From a virus (taxonomy: Duplodnaviria > Caudoviricetes): DNA of 35,464 bases. Numbering within the stretch: the stretch's first letter is position 1; each line of letters opens with the position of its first letter. Below the pieces are notes generated by a model. It was not told the origin of the DNA. It was given only the letters and a program-made list of their open reading frames with translations, and made no database searches. Made by a program: the position numbers and the translations under genes. Positions 8,577-18,171 of the stretch are shown here, piece by piece. The stretch is taken from positions 1 to 35,464 of the IMG/VR virus record IMGVR_UViG_3300032274_000763; one strand, 5' to 3'.

Positions 8577-9023
8577 TCAGGGTGAAGGCCAAGTGATTTG
8601 CATGGCCACTCGGATTTTGGCCTCGGTGGTTTTGGTTTTGACGGTGGCTTTGCCGCCGAGGCGGAGCGTACGAATCGTCTCCAGCGCGGTTTCGTAAAGG
8701 CCGCGCTTGAACAAGACCAGATCGGCGGCGCTGGCGAGATCGGCGACGGCAAGGCCCGTGCGCGGATCAATGGTCCCGGCGTCAACATCGGCCTGCAAGG
8801 CACCGAACGTGCCGGTCAACGGGTCCGCCTGATAGGCGACGGCCTGATCGGCGGCGAGGCGATATTCCGCATCCTGAAACGGATAAGCCGCCGACCAGCG
8901 CAGCCGGGCCGTGCCAGCGGCGCGGTCGATCATCTCGGATGCGACATCGATCTTGAGCGCCATCGATGACGCGGCGGCGACCGGATCGGGTTGGGTCAGC
9001 AGGATGGCGACGCGTCTGTTCAT
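8577..9023 (-). CDS. Tail-fibre-associated hypothetical protein (possible fibre assembly factor)
   Basis: 148 aa helical protein directly after the fibre gene; IDRAAG...EY...IRTLRLGGK pattern typical of this position. Confidence 0.6.
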   Translation of the reverse strand: MNRRVAILLTQPDPVAAASSMALKIDVASEMIDRAAGTARLRWSAAYPFQDAEYRLAADQAVAYQADPLTGTFGALQADVDAGTIDPRTGLAVADLASAADLVLFKRGLYETALETIRTLRLGGKATVKTKTTEAKIRVAMQITWPSP

Positions 9024-9026
9024 TGT

Positions 9027-11021
9027 CTACTCCACATCGACGATTGTTCCGTGAAACTTGATATGTTTGGCGTTCAGGCCCTTGAGCTGTGAGCGCATGA
9101 CTTGCGCGCCCGCCGTGACGAAAATGATCTCGCCGAAGACGACATCAACGACGGTCGGGGCTCCGCCCACATCGACGATGGCCTCGCCGATTTTGGCGAC
9201 GGCGGTATTCTCCCAGGTGACGCCGTCGTTTTTCGACAGCTCGCCGGTAACATCGAGATCATAGGTCACCAGATCGACCGGTTCCCAAAGACCGAGCAGA
9301 TACCCGCGCGTTGGTTCCGCGAAGGCGGGCAGCGCGGTTGAGATGATGGTCATGTTCGTGGCCGGCGCATCTTCCATCATCTGCACGTCCATGAGACCGC
9401 CGTTGCCTGATCCGGAGAGGGTTTGAAACAGTCGATAATGCGTATAGGCGGTGCTGTTGGTTACGGCCCGCTCGAACCATCCGGTTGGTGTGAAATTGTT
9501 TATCCATGTGTCAATCAGCGTCCAGGTCAGGCCGTCGTTCGATCCTTCAAATTTGATCTCGGTGACATAGGTGGCCGGGCCGTTAATGTAGATTTTCCAC
9601 TTTGTAATCGTCTGTGCGACGGCGAACTGCACCGCCCACCAATGCGTTGGCGCGTTAGCGGTGCTCCACGAGGTCGCCAGATTTCCATCAGCGGCATTGG
9701 ATGCCGCGCCACTGGTTACGTCATCAGCAGTATAAGTCTGTGTGCTATCGATCAGGTCGGGGCCGTAACCGCCACGGTTGTGCAAAAAGGCCCCCGCCGC
9801 ATCATGAGCGAAACCGACCGATCCTCCGGTTCCCACGACAAACAGGTCGAGTTCGTTGATTTCTCCGATATATGTGCCGTCCCCGCCCGCCGTCGCATAC
9901 AGACGGTAATAGCGGTACGCGATGGCGTTAACGAAGGTGGCCGTCGTTAACGACCCGTTTGCGATACCGGATTGGGTATCCAGAACAGTCCAGTTGATGT
10001 CGTCATTTGATCCTTCAAGATTCCACGCGGTCGGGTTACGAACAGCAGGTAGCAGATTAATTTGGTATTTTGTGACGACTGCCGCATTTCCCAACCCCAG
10101 ATCAATTTTCCACCATGACGGCGCGAGTCCTGTATTGAGCGCCGCCACCACCCCGCCATCGAACAATTTTGAGGCCGGTTGCGGCCCGTAAGCCGCACTT
10201 GCGCTGGCGACAAACGGCGCGGGCAAGACATCGGATGTCATGTTGCTGGGGGACACTTCGATCTCGTCGATCCAGATGCCCGTCAAGTCCGCGTAGGTCT
10301 CCGGCCGGGCGTCCATGGCGGGGTTGGTCGTACTGCCCTGCATGGCGGTCAGAAGGCGTTCGAGCAAGGCGGTTTTCCGTTCCCCGGCCAGCGCCGCCCC
10401 CAGCCCGGCGGGCGTCACGGCGCGAGCCGTATCGGTGCCGGTTTTGGCCTCGGGCACGCTCGCCAGCTCAACCTTGCCGATCAGCGTTTCGGTGGCCTGC
10501 GGGACCGTATAGGTCGGATGCGGATTGGTCGCGGCGGAATGGGTGGCGATATCGTCCGCAACCTTTTGGTGGCTGGCCAGAACCACGCTGGGATCGACGA
10601 GGAGATTTAATTGCGCCGTATTTGTCGTTACCAGTTCATACTTGATCAGGAGATCGGTGGAGGCACCCTGCGCCGTGGTGGTTTTGTAGGTTTCTGGGAT
10701 TTTGCTGACAGAAATCATGTTTCCGGCGCTGTCGAAAACACCCACCTCGCGGAGGGTAAACGGCCCGGTCGCAACCGGGATCGCCAACTCAAAAACGACG
10801 ACGTTGGGATTTTGCGGGTGGATGTACCTGTTGTTGATCGTGCCGCGATACATTTCATTTTTTAGGCTTGTCTGCGCTACGGTCGGCGTGTAATACGCGC
10901 CAAGGTCGCCATCACCGACCGCGATGTCGGTGATGTTAACAACCTGACCCAACGCCATCGCGTTGGAAAGTTGCGCGGTTCCGACATCGGTGATGATTGA
11001 CCCGAACGTTTCAGTCGGCAT
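9027..11021 (-). CDS. Tail fibre protein with P2 gpH-type N-terminus and two discoidin (F5/8 type C)-like domains
   Basis: ITDIAVGDG, GPFTLREVGVFD and DPSVVLAS N-terminal motifs; two repeats of FDG/ADG...WW...EGSND...WT.LD...AY..YRL. Confidence 0.88.
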   Translation of the reverse strand: MPTETFGSIITDVGTAQLSNAMALGQVVNITDIAVGDGDLGAYYTPTVAQTSLKNEMYRGTINNRYIHPQNPNVVVFELAIPVATGPFTLREVGVFDSAGNMISVSKIPETYKTTTAQGASTDLLIKYELVTTNTAQLNLLVDPSVVLASHQKVADDIATHSAATNPHPTYTVPQATETLIGKVELASVPEAKTGTDTARAVTPAGLGAALAGERKTALLERLLTAMQGSTTNPAMDARPETYADLTGIWIDEIEVSPSNMTSDVLPAPFVASASAAYGPQPASKLFDGGVVAALNTGLAPSWWKIDLGLGNAAVVTKYQINLLPAVRNPTAWNLEGSNDDINWTVLDTQSGIANGSLTTATFVNAIAYRYYRLYATAGGDGTYIGEINELDLFVVGTGGSVGFAHDAAGAFLHNRGGYGPDLIDSTQTYTADDVTSGAASNAADGNLATSWSTANAPTHWWAVQFAVAQTITKWKIYINGPATYVTEIKFEGSNDGLTWTLIDTWINNFTPTGWFERAVTNSTAYTHYRLFQTLSGSGNGGLMDVQMMEDAPATNMTIISTALPAFAEPTRGYLLGLWEPVDLVTYDLDVTGELSKNDGVTWENTAVAKIGEAIVDVGGAPTVVDVVFGEIIFVTAGAQVMRSQLKGLNAKHIKFHGTIVDVE

Positions 11022-11022
11022 T

Positions 11023-11646
11023 TCAGGCTCCCGCAGGGTTGATGGTTATGGTTGAGACCAAAGACGCGGCTGCACAATATTGCGGTGCGGCTTGATCAGT
11101 AGTTATCTCATAAACAGCGTATGGATGGATCGTTATCGTCGTCCCAACCATCGCAGTGCCAGCCAAGAACGGTACCGCCTGTTGCGCCTTAAGCCAGATG
11201 TTGAGCTGGTCGAGCACTGAACGTTCGTTTTTGGAATTTTCGATCACGGCTCCAATTGTGGTCTGTTCGTTTTTGGTCAGACCACGGGTGGTCAGCTCCA
11301 CATCAACCCTGAACCGATACGGAGTGCCTCCGTACTCAAACCATTGCGTCACCACGGCATCCAGATCAAGGGCCGCCAGAGCATCCTCCAGGGCACCCAA
11401 CGTGCCCTTGACGCGATGCACCTGAATGGCCATTTTTACGACCTTTCGTTGAACGGATTCCGGCCATGTGGCGTCCCATGTATCGACGCTGAAGGCCCAG
11501 GCCAGAAAGGGTAGCCAAGCCAATGGACATTTGTCCGGGTTCCACATATCCGCGATGGGCACGCCAACATCACCAACGCGGGCGGCGGCGCGTTCCAGCG
11601 CGCGTTCCGGATCGGTGGCGTTGGCGGGAAGAAGGCTACTCTTCAT
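11023..11646 (-). CDS. Tail protein I (P2 gpI family)
   Basis: SLLPANAT..ER, LPFLAWAFSVDTWD, HRVKGT, QWFEYGGTPYRF; start 11646 overlaps the gpJ stop. Confidence 0.93.
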   Translation of the reverse strand: MKSSLLPANATDPERALERAAARVGDVGVPIADMWNPDKCPLAWLPFLAWAFSVDTWDATWPESVQRKVVKMAIQVHRVKGTLGALEDALAALDLDAVVTQWFEYGGTPYRFRVDVELTTRGLTKNEQTTIGAVIENSKNERSVLDQLNIWLKAQQAVPFLAGTAMVGTTITIHPYAVYEITTDQAAPQYCAAASLVSTITINPAGA

Positions 11647-12617
11647 GGCGAGACCGTCAAGGTAATGGCCGTGCAATAGGGCGCTTGATTATCCAGGGCA
11701 ACGATATCGGTCGCGGGCAGAGTGCGCGTCATGTTCTTGACGCCAGCAACGTGGAGCGCACCCTCAATACCTGTAATGGCGACGGTATCGCCAAGTTTAT
11801 GCCGGGCGTCAACGTAGGCCTGCGCGCTGGCGGTCGCCTCGGCAATGACCGCCGCCGCGTCCGGACCGTTGTAGAGCTGCAGCGCCACATCAATCGAATA
11901 GGGCAGAATTGTCGCCCCTTGAACAATGATGTTATCGGTCAGCGGAACCACGTACTTTCCACTCAAATGGGCCGTGACGGCAGACAGCAATGCCGCACTG
12001 GCTGCGCCGTCAAGCGTGTGGGAAAGAACGGTGACGGTGACCACGCCATCTGCCGTTCGTACCGCCGAGACATCCTTGACCTGTGCCGAGAAACCAGCCG
12101 GATCATAGGTGCGCGTCACCACGATAACGCCGGGTTTGGGGCTCTCGACAGTGACGGTTGTCGGTGTTTCTCCGGCGCTCAGGCCATGGAACTTATACGA
12201 TCCGGCGGACCCGGCGGTGGTCATCGCTTCCGGTGAAAGCTGCGTGCGCCGCCGGAACGTTAAATCGTCTTCATAGGTCGGCGGGATAGGCGGAACGGCG
12301 AGGGCGTCACCGGGGACAACGACCTGGCGCTTGACGCCGTAGAAGGCCGCCAAACCATCAAGATTTGTTCCCCGACTGGTCGCCAGCATCACCGCCCGTA
12401 CGCCATCGTTGACTCGTTGACGAACGAGCGTTTCCCGATAGGCGAAGGTTTCAATCACCTTGACCGCCGGGTCGCTTTCGAGGACATTTTTATAAAATTC
12501 GGGATCGTTAATAGCCAGATCATCCAGCATCGCCTGCTTGATCGCCGCCGCGTCCAGAATTTCCACGGCATCCGGCGTCGGCAATAGTGACAGGTCGATA
12601 TCGACAAAACCGCTCAT
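11643..12617 (-). CDS. Baseplate J/gp47 family protein
   Basis: IDLSLLPTPDAVE, LESDP, AYRE..RQRVND, TTAGSAGSY, QAPYCT motifs. Confidence 0.94.
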   Translation of the reverse strand: MSGFVDIDLSLLPTPDAVEILDAAAIKQAMLDDLAINDPEFYKNVLESDPAVKVIETFAYRETLVRQRVNDGVRAVMLATSRGTNLDGLAAFYGVKRQVVVPGDALAVPPIPPTYEDDLTFRRRTQLSPEAMTTAGSAGSYKFHGLSAGETPTTVTVESPKPGVIVVTRTYDPAGFSAQVKDVSAVRTADGVVTVTVLSHTLDGAASAALLSAVTAHLSGKYVVPLTDNIIVQGATILPYSIDVALQLYNGPDAAAVIAEATASAQAYVDARHKLGDTVAITGIEGALHVAGVKNMTRTLPATDIVALDNQAPYCTAITLTVSP

Positions 12618-12961
12618 GCGATCACCAGCCCTTCGATGTTGGCGGGCTGGGCCGTGCCGCCTTCCGGGCGATATTCTCCGTAGAGAGAGATGTCCGCCCG
12701 TCCGGCACTGGCGTCATTAAGCAGAATACGGCTCAGCCGAAAACGGGGCTCCCATTTGTCCAGCGCTTTGGCGACCGCACCAAAAAGCCGCACCACACTA
12801 TCGGCATTGCCCGGCGCATCAATAATGCCAGATCCGTCAAAACCGTAGTCGCGCAACAGTACGCGGGAATTTATGCGCGTCGTCAGGATATCGACAACGC
12901 TCTGGCGAACGTGGTCGAATCCCGATAACGGTTTTCCGGTTTTGGCGTTCATGCCGTGCAT
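12614..12961 (-). CDS. Baseplate wedge protein, gpW/gp25 family
   Basis: GMNAKTGK, HVRQSVVDILTT..SRV.LRDYG, KWEPR motifs. Confidence 0.93.
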   Translation of the reverse strand: MHGMNAKTGKPLSGFDHVRQSVVDILTTRINSRVLLRDYGFDGSGIIDAPGNADSVVRLFGAVAKALDKWEPRFRLSRILLNDASAGRADISLYGEYRPEGGTAQPANIEGLVIA

Positions 12962-13147
12962 CTATTTGCGGCCCCGCTTCTTGGCCGGTGAGGCGGAGTC
13001 AGGTTTCCGGTTAACGGCCCTGACCGGTTTGATGATCCCGCCGGAAATCAGGTACTTGGCGGCATTAGGCGTCATTGAGACGATTTCACCTTTCTCGCCA
13101 GCATGAGAACTTTTGAGGATTTCATAACTTTGGGTTTCCATATCCAT
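12962..13147 (-). CDS. Small basic hypothetical protein
   Basis: 61 aa; fills the gap between gpV and gpW; GGAG RBS. Confidence 0.65.
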   Translation of the reverse strand: MDMETQSYEILKSSHAGEKGEIVSMTPNAAKYLISGGIIKPVRAVNRKPDSASPAKKRGRK

Positions 13148-13150
13148 CTC

Positions 13151-13735
13151 CTATGGGATGATCACTTCGGGCGGGGTATGGCCATGGTCGGGAACGCCGA
13201 TCACGACTGCTCCGGTCTGCCAGCTCTCGCTGTCATAATTGACGCCGCTCTTGTGGGTGATTCGCGTGGCGTATCCGGCATGGCCAACATGATAGAAACC
13301 GCCGTCGCCGGTTTTCAAAATGATGTTCTTGGCGCGGATTTCTAGGGTGCCCGCGCTGTCCCAGGCGTCAAGAACGGTATGTTTGGCTACCCGGTTATGG
13401 GTAATCTTGAACCCGTCCGCATAAACCGTTTTGTGGATATCCGGCGAAACTTCAGGAGCCGGAGCCTGATTCGTAAATCCGGCGGGCAGTGCCCACCCCT
13501 GAGACAGATCGCCGGAGGGGGACAGAACGAGAACCTGCTCCCCGACCTCGGGCGCCCACCAACTGACATCACCGCCCGCCCGTGATGTCAGCCACGGCAA
13601 TGGGGCGGTGATCAGGTCGCCGATCTGCACCCGCACCCGCGCCGCCGGGTAATCGGCTTCGATGATTTTCCCCGGACGGATCAGGTTGGCGAGGCGACGG
13701 TTCAGTTCAGCCAGTTGATATTGTAGATCGTTCAT
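13151..13735 (-). CDS. Baseplate spike protein V
   Basis: RRLANLIRPG, LPWLTSRAG, WAPEVGEQVLVLSPSGD; C-terminal HGH (HxH) metal motif. Confidence 0.93.
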   Translation of the reverse strand: MNDLQYQLAELNRRLANLIRPGKIIEADYPAARVRVQIGDLITAPLPWLTSRAGGDVSWWAPEVGEQVLVLSPSGDLSQGWALPAGFTNQAPAPEVSPDIHKTVYADGFKITHNRVAKHTVLDAWDSAGTLEIRAKNIILKTGDGGFYHVGHAGYATRITHKSGVNYDSESWQTGAVVIGVPDHGHTPPEVIIP

Positions 13736-14292
13736 ATGACCTCCGGCGGCGGGTTGCCCGTTTCTAGGTGTCGGTAATCCGGGCGGTGAGCGGTGCCGAT
13801 TTTCGGTGCCGCGCCAAGATAAAGGTCGGCGGGCAGGACCCCGGTTTCATTAAAGATATCGGTGCCCAACCGCAGTTTTTGGCGAAAGCGAACCTCCCAC
13901 ATCATCACACCCGTATTGTCCACGTCGCCGCCGAACAGATTTGCCGCCGTCACATTCTCCGCCCCGAACGCAAAACCGCTGCCCAGCCGATTACCCGGCA
14001 GATGCAGGATCAGGGCATCAACCATATTGGCCGCCGCCTCGTGGCGCGGCAGGGCCTTTACGTCTTTTGTGATGATCGCAGTCCAGAATTCACAGATGAT
14101 CTCGAGTTGATCGTCGGCCTGGAGGGTTACATTCAGCACGTTGCCGAGGGCTATCCGCACGGCAGGCAGTTTTGCGCCAAGTTTTTTGAGCTCCGACAAG
14201 GTGAAGCGACCCCGGTGGGTTTCCACAGACGCCGCCGCAAACAGGGTTTTGAAATCGACAACAATCGCGTTGAGATGGTTGTGCAAGGTCAT
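13732..14292 (-). CDS. Mu gp37-like tail terminator/completion protein
   Basis: Position after virion morphogenesis gene; VETHRGRF..ELK and A.NLF...W.V.F.Q patterns. Confidence 0.7.
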   Translation of the reverse strand: MTLHNHLNAIVVDFKTLFAAASVETHRGRFTLSELKKLGAKLPAVRIALGNVLNVTLQADDQLEIICEFWTAIITKDVKALPRHEAAANMVDALILHLPGNRLGSGFAFGAENVTAANLFGGDVDNTGVMMWEVRFRQKLRLGTDIFNETGVLPADLYLGAAPKIGTAHRPDYRHLETGNPPPEVI

Positions 14293-14795
14293 GACCCGGC
14301 CCCCAGCGCGTTCAGGGCATAGTCTTCGATGGTCCCGATGGCCTGCTGGCGGTCATCTTCCGAAAAACCGATGAACGGGCGGGCCGGGATTTCCACGCGC
14401 TTGACACTTACGAAGGAACCATCCGATGCGCGAAACGTCAGCATGTTGGCGGTTTTGGGCTCAATGATTGCACCGAACTGATGGACGCCAGCCTTGATGT
14501 CATTGGTGCCGATCTCCACCGATGACGGGGAGGGTTTGTGCGTGATGCTGTCAAATAGTCGGCGTGATTCGATCAGTGTTTTGGCGTTCTTCTGGCGTGC
14601 GCGGCCCGAAGGGGGCCAATGGTTCCCGTCCGGGTCCTGACCCAACTCAAACCGCATCTGCGTTGACGTAACCTGATCGCCGCCAATGGTATCCATCAGG
14701 GGCGTCATGTCGTCGAAGGCGGCGGCCACGCGGTCGAGTGCTTCACCGGCCAGATCAGCCCCTTCAAGGTGCATGCGGATGCCAGACTTGCTCAT
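14289..14795 (-). CDS. Phage virion morphogenesis protein (Mu gpG / P2 gpS family)
   Basis: DPDGNHWPP, IGTN..AGVHQFG, IPARPFIG motifs. Confidence 0.9.
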   Translation of the reverse strand: MSKSGIRMHLEGADLAGEALDRVAAAFDDMTPLMDTIGGDQVTSTQMRFELGQDPDGNHWPPSGRARQKNAKTLIESRRLFDSITHKPSPSSVEIGTNDIKAGVHQFGAIIEPKTANMLTFRASDGSFVSVKRVEIPARPFIGFSEDDRQQAIGTIEDYALNALGAGS

Positions 14796-15229
14796 CTCGT
14801 GCCCCCCTTGGTGAAACCGCCAAGCGCGCCGTCGCCGAAGACGGAAGACTTGGCGCTAATGACGATCTGGCCGGACGCCGGTTGGGAAACAGGCGGCGCA
14901 TCCAGTTGCCGTTTGCCATTGGCGTAGGCGTCCAGTGTCTTGCGGGCGTCTTCGTAGCGGGTGCGGATTTCATCATCGCTGGCACCGGGCGTTCCCGCCA
15001 GAAAGTAGCGCGCCATATCGACGGCCACGGCCCTGATGTCTTCGGGAACCGTGACCAGAGGTGTCACATAACGATTTCGGAACGCCGCATCAATTTCCGA
15101 CGTGGCTCGGGTCAAGGCGCGATCCACGATCAGCGCATCAATGACGTTATCGCCGTCACGATCCGCGATGGTGAGAAGGGCATCCTCTCCATAGGCGTCA
15201 ATGATGTCTTGTTGAGCGGCGTAATTCAT
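14792..15229 (-). CDS. Head-tail adaptor, Mu gp36 / DUF1320 family
   Basis: MNYA..QD, ATSEIDA..RY..PL, DMARYFL, RYEDA motifs. Confidence 0.9.
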   Translation of the reverse strand: MNYAAQQDIIDAYGEDALLTIADRDGDNVIDALIVDRALTRATSEIDAAFRNRYVTPLVTVPEDIRAVAVDMARYFLAGTPGASDDEIRTRYEDARKTLDAYANGKRQLDAPPVSQPASGQIVISAKSSVFGDGALGGFTKGGTR

Positions 15230-15232
15230 GGC

Positions 15233-15478
15233 TTAGACCTTGGCTGGCCACTCCCAATATGCGTTTGGGTTGTGATCGGCGTCATCGGTGCGCAGACACA
15301 CAGATGTGCGCGGCTCCGGTGCGGCGTTATCGAAGAAAACTGTCAGGTTGACACAGGTATCCGACCAGACATGAGTGATGATCGCCGGGTGCGTGCGTTC
15401 ATCATTGTGCCGGGCTTCGCCAGCGGGCTGGCTATACTGGACAATGCGTCCGAGGGACGGTTTTTGAGAGGGTTTCAT
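15233..15478 (-). CDS. Small hypothetical phage protein (SH3-like beta fold possible)
   Basis: KPSLGRIVQY...PAIITHVW...VNLTVF...WEWP; GGAGA RBS. Confidence 0.75.
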   Translation of the reverse strand: MKPSQKPSLGRIVQYSQPAGEARHNDERTHPAIITHVWSDTCVNLTVFFDNAAPEPRTSVCLRTDDADHNPNAYWEWPAKV

Positions 15479-15492
15479 GGTCTTGTCTCCGG

Positions 15493-15628
15493 GGTTGTTA
15501 GAATGGGGTCTCCCAACCCCTTTGGAGGTGCGTCATCTAACGGGCCGGTCCACCTCTAACAACCGGCCCGGCCTCGACGTGGCGTGCCGGGGATCAGGAA
15601 ACTGCTTTGCCTCCCTCAACCCCGGCAC
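15493..15628. ncRNA. Structured intergenic element with competing helices (possible cis-regulatory RNA)
   Basis: Complementary pairs 15493-15502/15555-15564, 15505-15509/15516-15520, 15525-15530/15551-15556, 15541-15549/15562-15570, 15584-15592/15620-15628. Confidence 0.4.
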
Positions 15629-16229
15629 TTTCTGGGGTGGTATTCTTGTTTGCTGCTTTTTTCGCGGGTTTTTTGGGCGCGGGTTTCTTCGGGGGTTTCT
15701 TCTGCGCGGGTTTCTTCGGGGGCGTATCAGTGACGGCGGAAGCGTCGGATTTGGTTTCGGGGTTACCCTGACCATCACCTTCGCTCCCGCCATTCCCCGG
15801 CGTGGACCCCGTATCGTTCTTTTTTGCGTCAGCCAGACGCTCTTCGCCATATCGCTGCCAAGCGTAATCGACCTCATCCTCGGTGAGATCGAAGCCGACA
15901 AGGCCTTCTACCTTGGCGACCAGTGGCTTGCCGTCCGCGCCGATATCGCCAAGTGGCAATGCCGGTAGTTTGGCCATGATGGCATCAATCACCGCATCAG
16001 CATCTTCGGGCCGTGACGTGGTGGTGGTTTCCTGGACGGCAGTCTCAACTTTATCAGGATCGCCCACAGGACCGGCCAAAGGATCAGCCAGAAGATCAGT
16101 CAGCGTGCCGCTCTTGATCAGCGGTTCGGCATCGTCTGCAGTCAGGCTGATTGTGCTTCCGGGTGGATAAAATTTGTCATCTACACGCAGCCGCGAAACC
16201 ACTGCGTAAGTTTTCTTTTTCTCAGTCAT
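15594..16229 (-). CDS. Post-capsid hypothetical protein with Lys/Pro-rich tail
   Basis: 211 aa directly after the capsid gene; AGGAG RBS; ADGKPLV domain and PKKP repeats. Confidence 0.75.
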   Translation of the reverse strand: MTEKKKTYAVVSRLRVDDKFYPPGSTISLTADDAEPLIKSGTLTDLLADPLAGPVGDPDKVETAVQETTTTSRPEDADAVIDAIMAKLPALPLGDIGADGKPLVAKVEGLVGFDLTEDEVDYAWQRYGEERLADAKKNDTGSTPGNGGSEGDGQGNPETKSDASAVTDTPPKKPAQKKPPKKPAPKKPAKKAANKNTTPESAGVEGGKAVS

Positions 16230-16269
16230 GAATAGTAACTCCTACCTTTCGTTGATCAGGTGCTCCGGT

Positions 16270-17220
16270 TTAGACGGGTGGCGTGACCACATCAGTGAAC
16301 AGAAAACCGGCTTCCGCACCGACCAGTTCCGGCGAATATTCATCCGTCACCGGATAAATCCAGGACTTGGCGTTTCGGTCGGAATAAGGCTGTTCGACGT
16401 AAGGTACGCCTTGCAGGCGGTAGGTGTAGCCGTAAGACGGCACCTCCCAGGACTGACCCGTTGGCGGCACGTAGGCCAGCACGGCGGTGTTCCCCCAGAC
16501 ATCCTGAAAGGCGTCGTTGGGATCGGCGTAGACGGATTCGGCGACGGCGACGGTCGGTATCTTGAAATAATTCGCCAGCATCTCTGTCGTTATACTGTCG
16601 GATGACGTGTATTTGAATTTATCAACAATTGCAGGATGGTCATCCAGCGCATTGAAGGCCCCGGGCGACAACACCAGCGTGTTGGGATATACGCCGATGG
16701 TCTTGCGAACCGTTTCCCGCGCGCTTTTGATCTGGTCTTTCGGCTTGCTGAGGGGATCATCCCATTTGGCCGCGCCAACCAGTTGTTCACGGTGGGTAAC
16801 CGAGTAGTTGGCCGGATTGGTTGCCGCAGTCGCTTGCAAATGTTCAACATACAGGCTGATGGATGACATCACCAGATTGACCGATGACGCGGCAATATCG
16901 ATACCCGGCACCATCGACGCGTCTTCTTGATGCTCGAAAGGAACCTGTCCCTCCAGAGAATGCTGCTCCAACACGACCGATTTGCCTTGATAGCCGAACT
17001 GCACGCGTTTTGTCGCCCCACCGGGCGCGCGCGCCGTTTTGTAAAGCCGAAAACTTTCCTTGCCGAATTCCAGGCGTTTGACGCCACGAACCGGAATGTG
17101 GACATACGGAAAAAGAAAATGACCGACACGACCGGCGTGGCGATAACCTCTCGCATGGTTGGACAGGACCGGGTCAATAACGCGGGCCTGGGATGTATTC
17201 ATATTGCTGGGTGCGGGCAT
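16270..17220 (-). CDS. Major capsid protein
   Basis: 316 aa; VIDPVLSNHARGY, FGKESF, PSYGYTY, AGFLF motifs; follows protease and cement genes. Confidence 0.9.
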   Translation of the reverse strand: MPAPSNMNTSQARVIDPVLSNHARGYRHAGRVGHFLFPYVHIPVRGVKRLEFGKESFRLYKTARAPGGATKRVQFGYQGKSVVLEQHSLEGQVPFEHQEDASMVPGIDIAASSVNLVMSSISLYVEHLQATAATNPANYSVTHREQLVGAAKWDDPLSKPKDQIKSARETVRKTIGVYPNTLVLSPGAFNALDDHPAIVDKFKYTSSDSITTEMLANYFKIPTVAVAESVYADPNDAFQDVWGNTAVLAYVPPTGQSWEVPSYGYTYRLQGVPYVEQPYSDRNAKSWIYPVTDEYSPELVGAEAGFLFTDVVTPPV

Positions 17221-17235
17221 GTGTGCCTCTCCTTC

Positions 17236-17643
17236 CTAACGCAGTTTGATTTCGATGAAACGACCCGACACGTCCGCTGCCTCCAGAGCATCGGCGAAAA
17301 CGAAATCGGGAAGGGTGGCACCGGAAAGCACAGCGCCGTTCGCCGCGCTCGACGTCATCGCCACGGCACCGGCAACGACCCCCAGTGGCGATGCCGGAAT
17401 GGCGCGTCCCAGGGCATCGACGATCAGAGCGTCACCCTTGGCAATGACAGCGCCGGATTCGATGATGGCGGTGCCGATGCAGGTTGCCGCGAACAATGCG
17501 CCAGCGGCGGCGTCTGTTACGGAAACACCCAGGACCTTCTGGCCCTGAACGGTCGCCTGCGCGCCATCGTAACCGACGCCTCGGCATTTGGAGACAGCAC
17601 CGCTGGCGCGGAGGGTCTCGTCGTGAAGTGAGCGGTTTTGCAA
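17236..17643 (-). CDS. Capsid cement/decoration protein (DUF2190-like)
   Basis: Ala/Gly-rich 135 aa; VLGV...G.AIIESG..IAKGD.L..DA.GRA...ALEAA; AAGGAG RBS. Confidence 0.75.
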   Translation of the reverse strand: MQNRSLHDETLRASGAVSKCRGVGYDGAQATVQGQKVLGVSVTDAAAGALFAATCIGTAIIESGAVIAKGDALIVDALGRAIPASPLGVVAGAVAMTSSAANGAVLSGATLPDFVFADALEAADVSGRFIEIKLR

Positions 17644-17661
17644 GGGTCTCTCCTTTTCAGG

Positions 17662-18171
17662 TTAGGCGGATTGGACGGCCTTGACGGCGTCCAGATATGG
17701 GGTGTTGGGGTTCTGCTTCTGGTAGGCCTTGGCCTGTTGATCCAATTCAACGCCGTCGATATCGATTTCGAAACCACCGGGTGCGGCGAAGGCGTAACCT
17801 GATTGGATAGACATGTGTTTGCTTGAGCCAGCGGCTTCCTCCAGACTGACCAGTACCGGCAGTTTGTCGGTAATGCGCTTGAAGGCATCGACGGCAGACA
17901 GGTTTTCGTCGTCATCGCCTTCACCGAATGCAAAGGCGTCGCCGCCGTCAATCGCTTCCATGAAGGCCAAAACCTCCCCACGCATGCCGGACGGCAAGCG
18001 GGCGGCCTCAATCAGGCCATCGACGAAGGTTTCGTTTTCGGCGGTACGGGCGACGGATTCGCGTTCGGCGAATGCGGCTTCGCGTTTTTTGGTTTCCTGT
18101 TCGCGTGTGTCCAGTTCGGCTTGGCGTTTCGCCAGTTCTTCGGCGGTGGGGGTTGCAGGCGTATCGGCCAT
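17662..18171 (-). CDS. Nested in-frame scaffolding protein (internal start)
   Basis: AAGGAG RBS 9 nt before an in-frame ATG (MADTPAT...), as for Mu gpZ. Confidence 0.7.
   Translation of the reverse strand: MADTPATPTAEELAKRQAELDTREQETKKREAAFAERESVARTAENETFVDGLIEAARLPSGMRGEVLAFMEAIDGGDAFAFGEGDDDENLSAVDAFKRITDKLPVLVSLEEAAGSSKHMSIQSGYAFAAPGGFEIDIDGVELDQQAKAYQKQNPNTPYLDAVKAVQSA

Noticed and set aside
9027-11021. Diversity-generating retroelement or invertible segment acting on the tail fibre
   Set aside because: No reverse transcriptase or invertase in the window; the two fibre repeats are too diverged to be a TR/VR pair
15570-15595. HDV-like ribozyme suggested by GCC-TCGACGT-GGC
   Set aside because: It resembles P3/L3, but I could not find compatible P1, P2 and J4/2 elements in the right order
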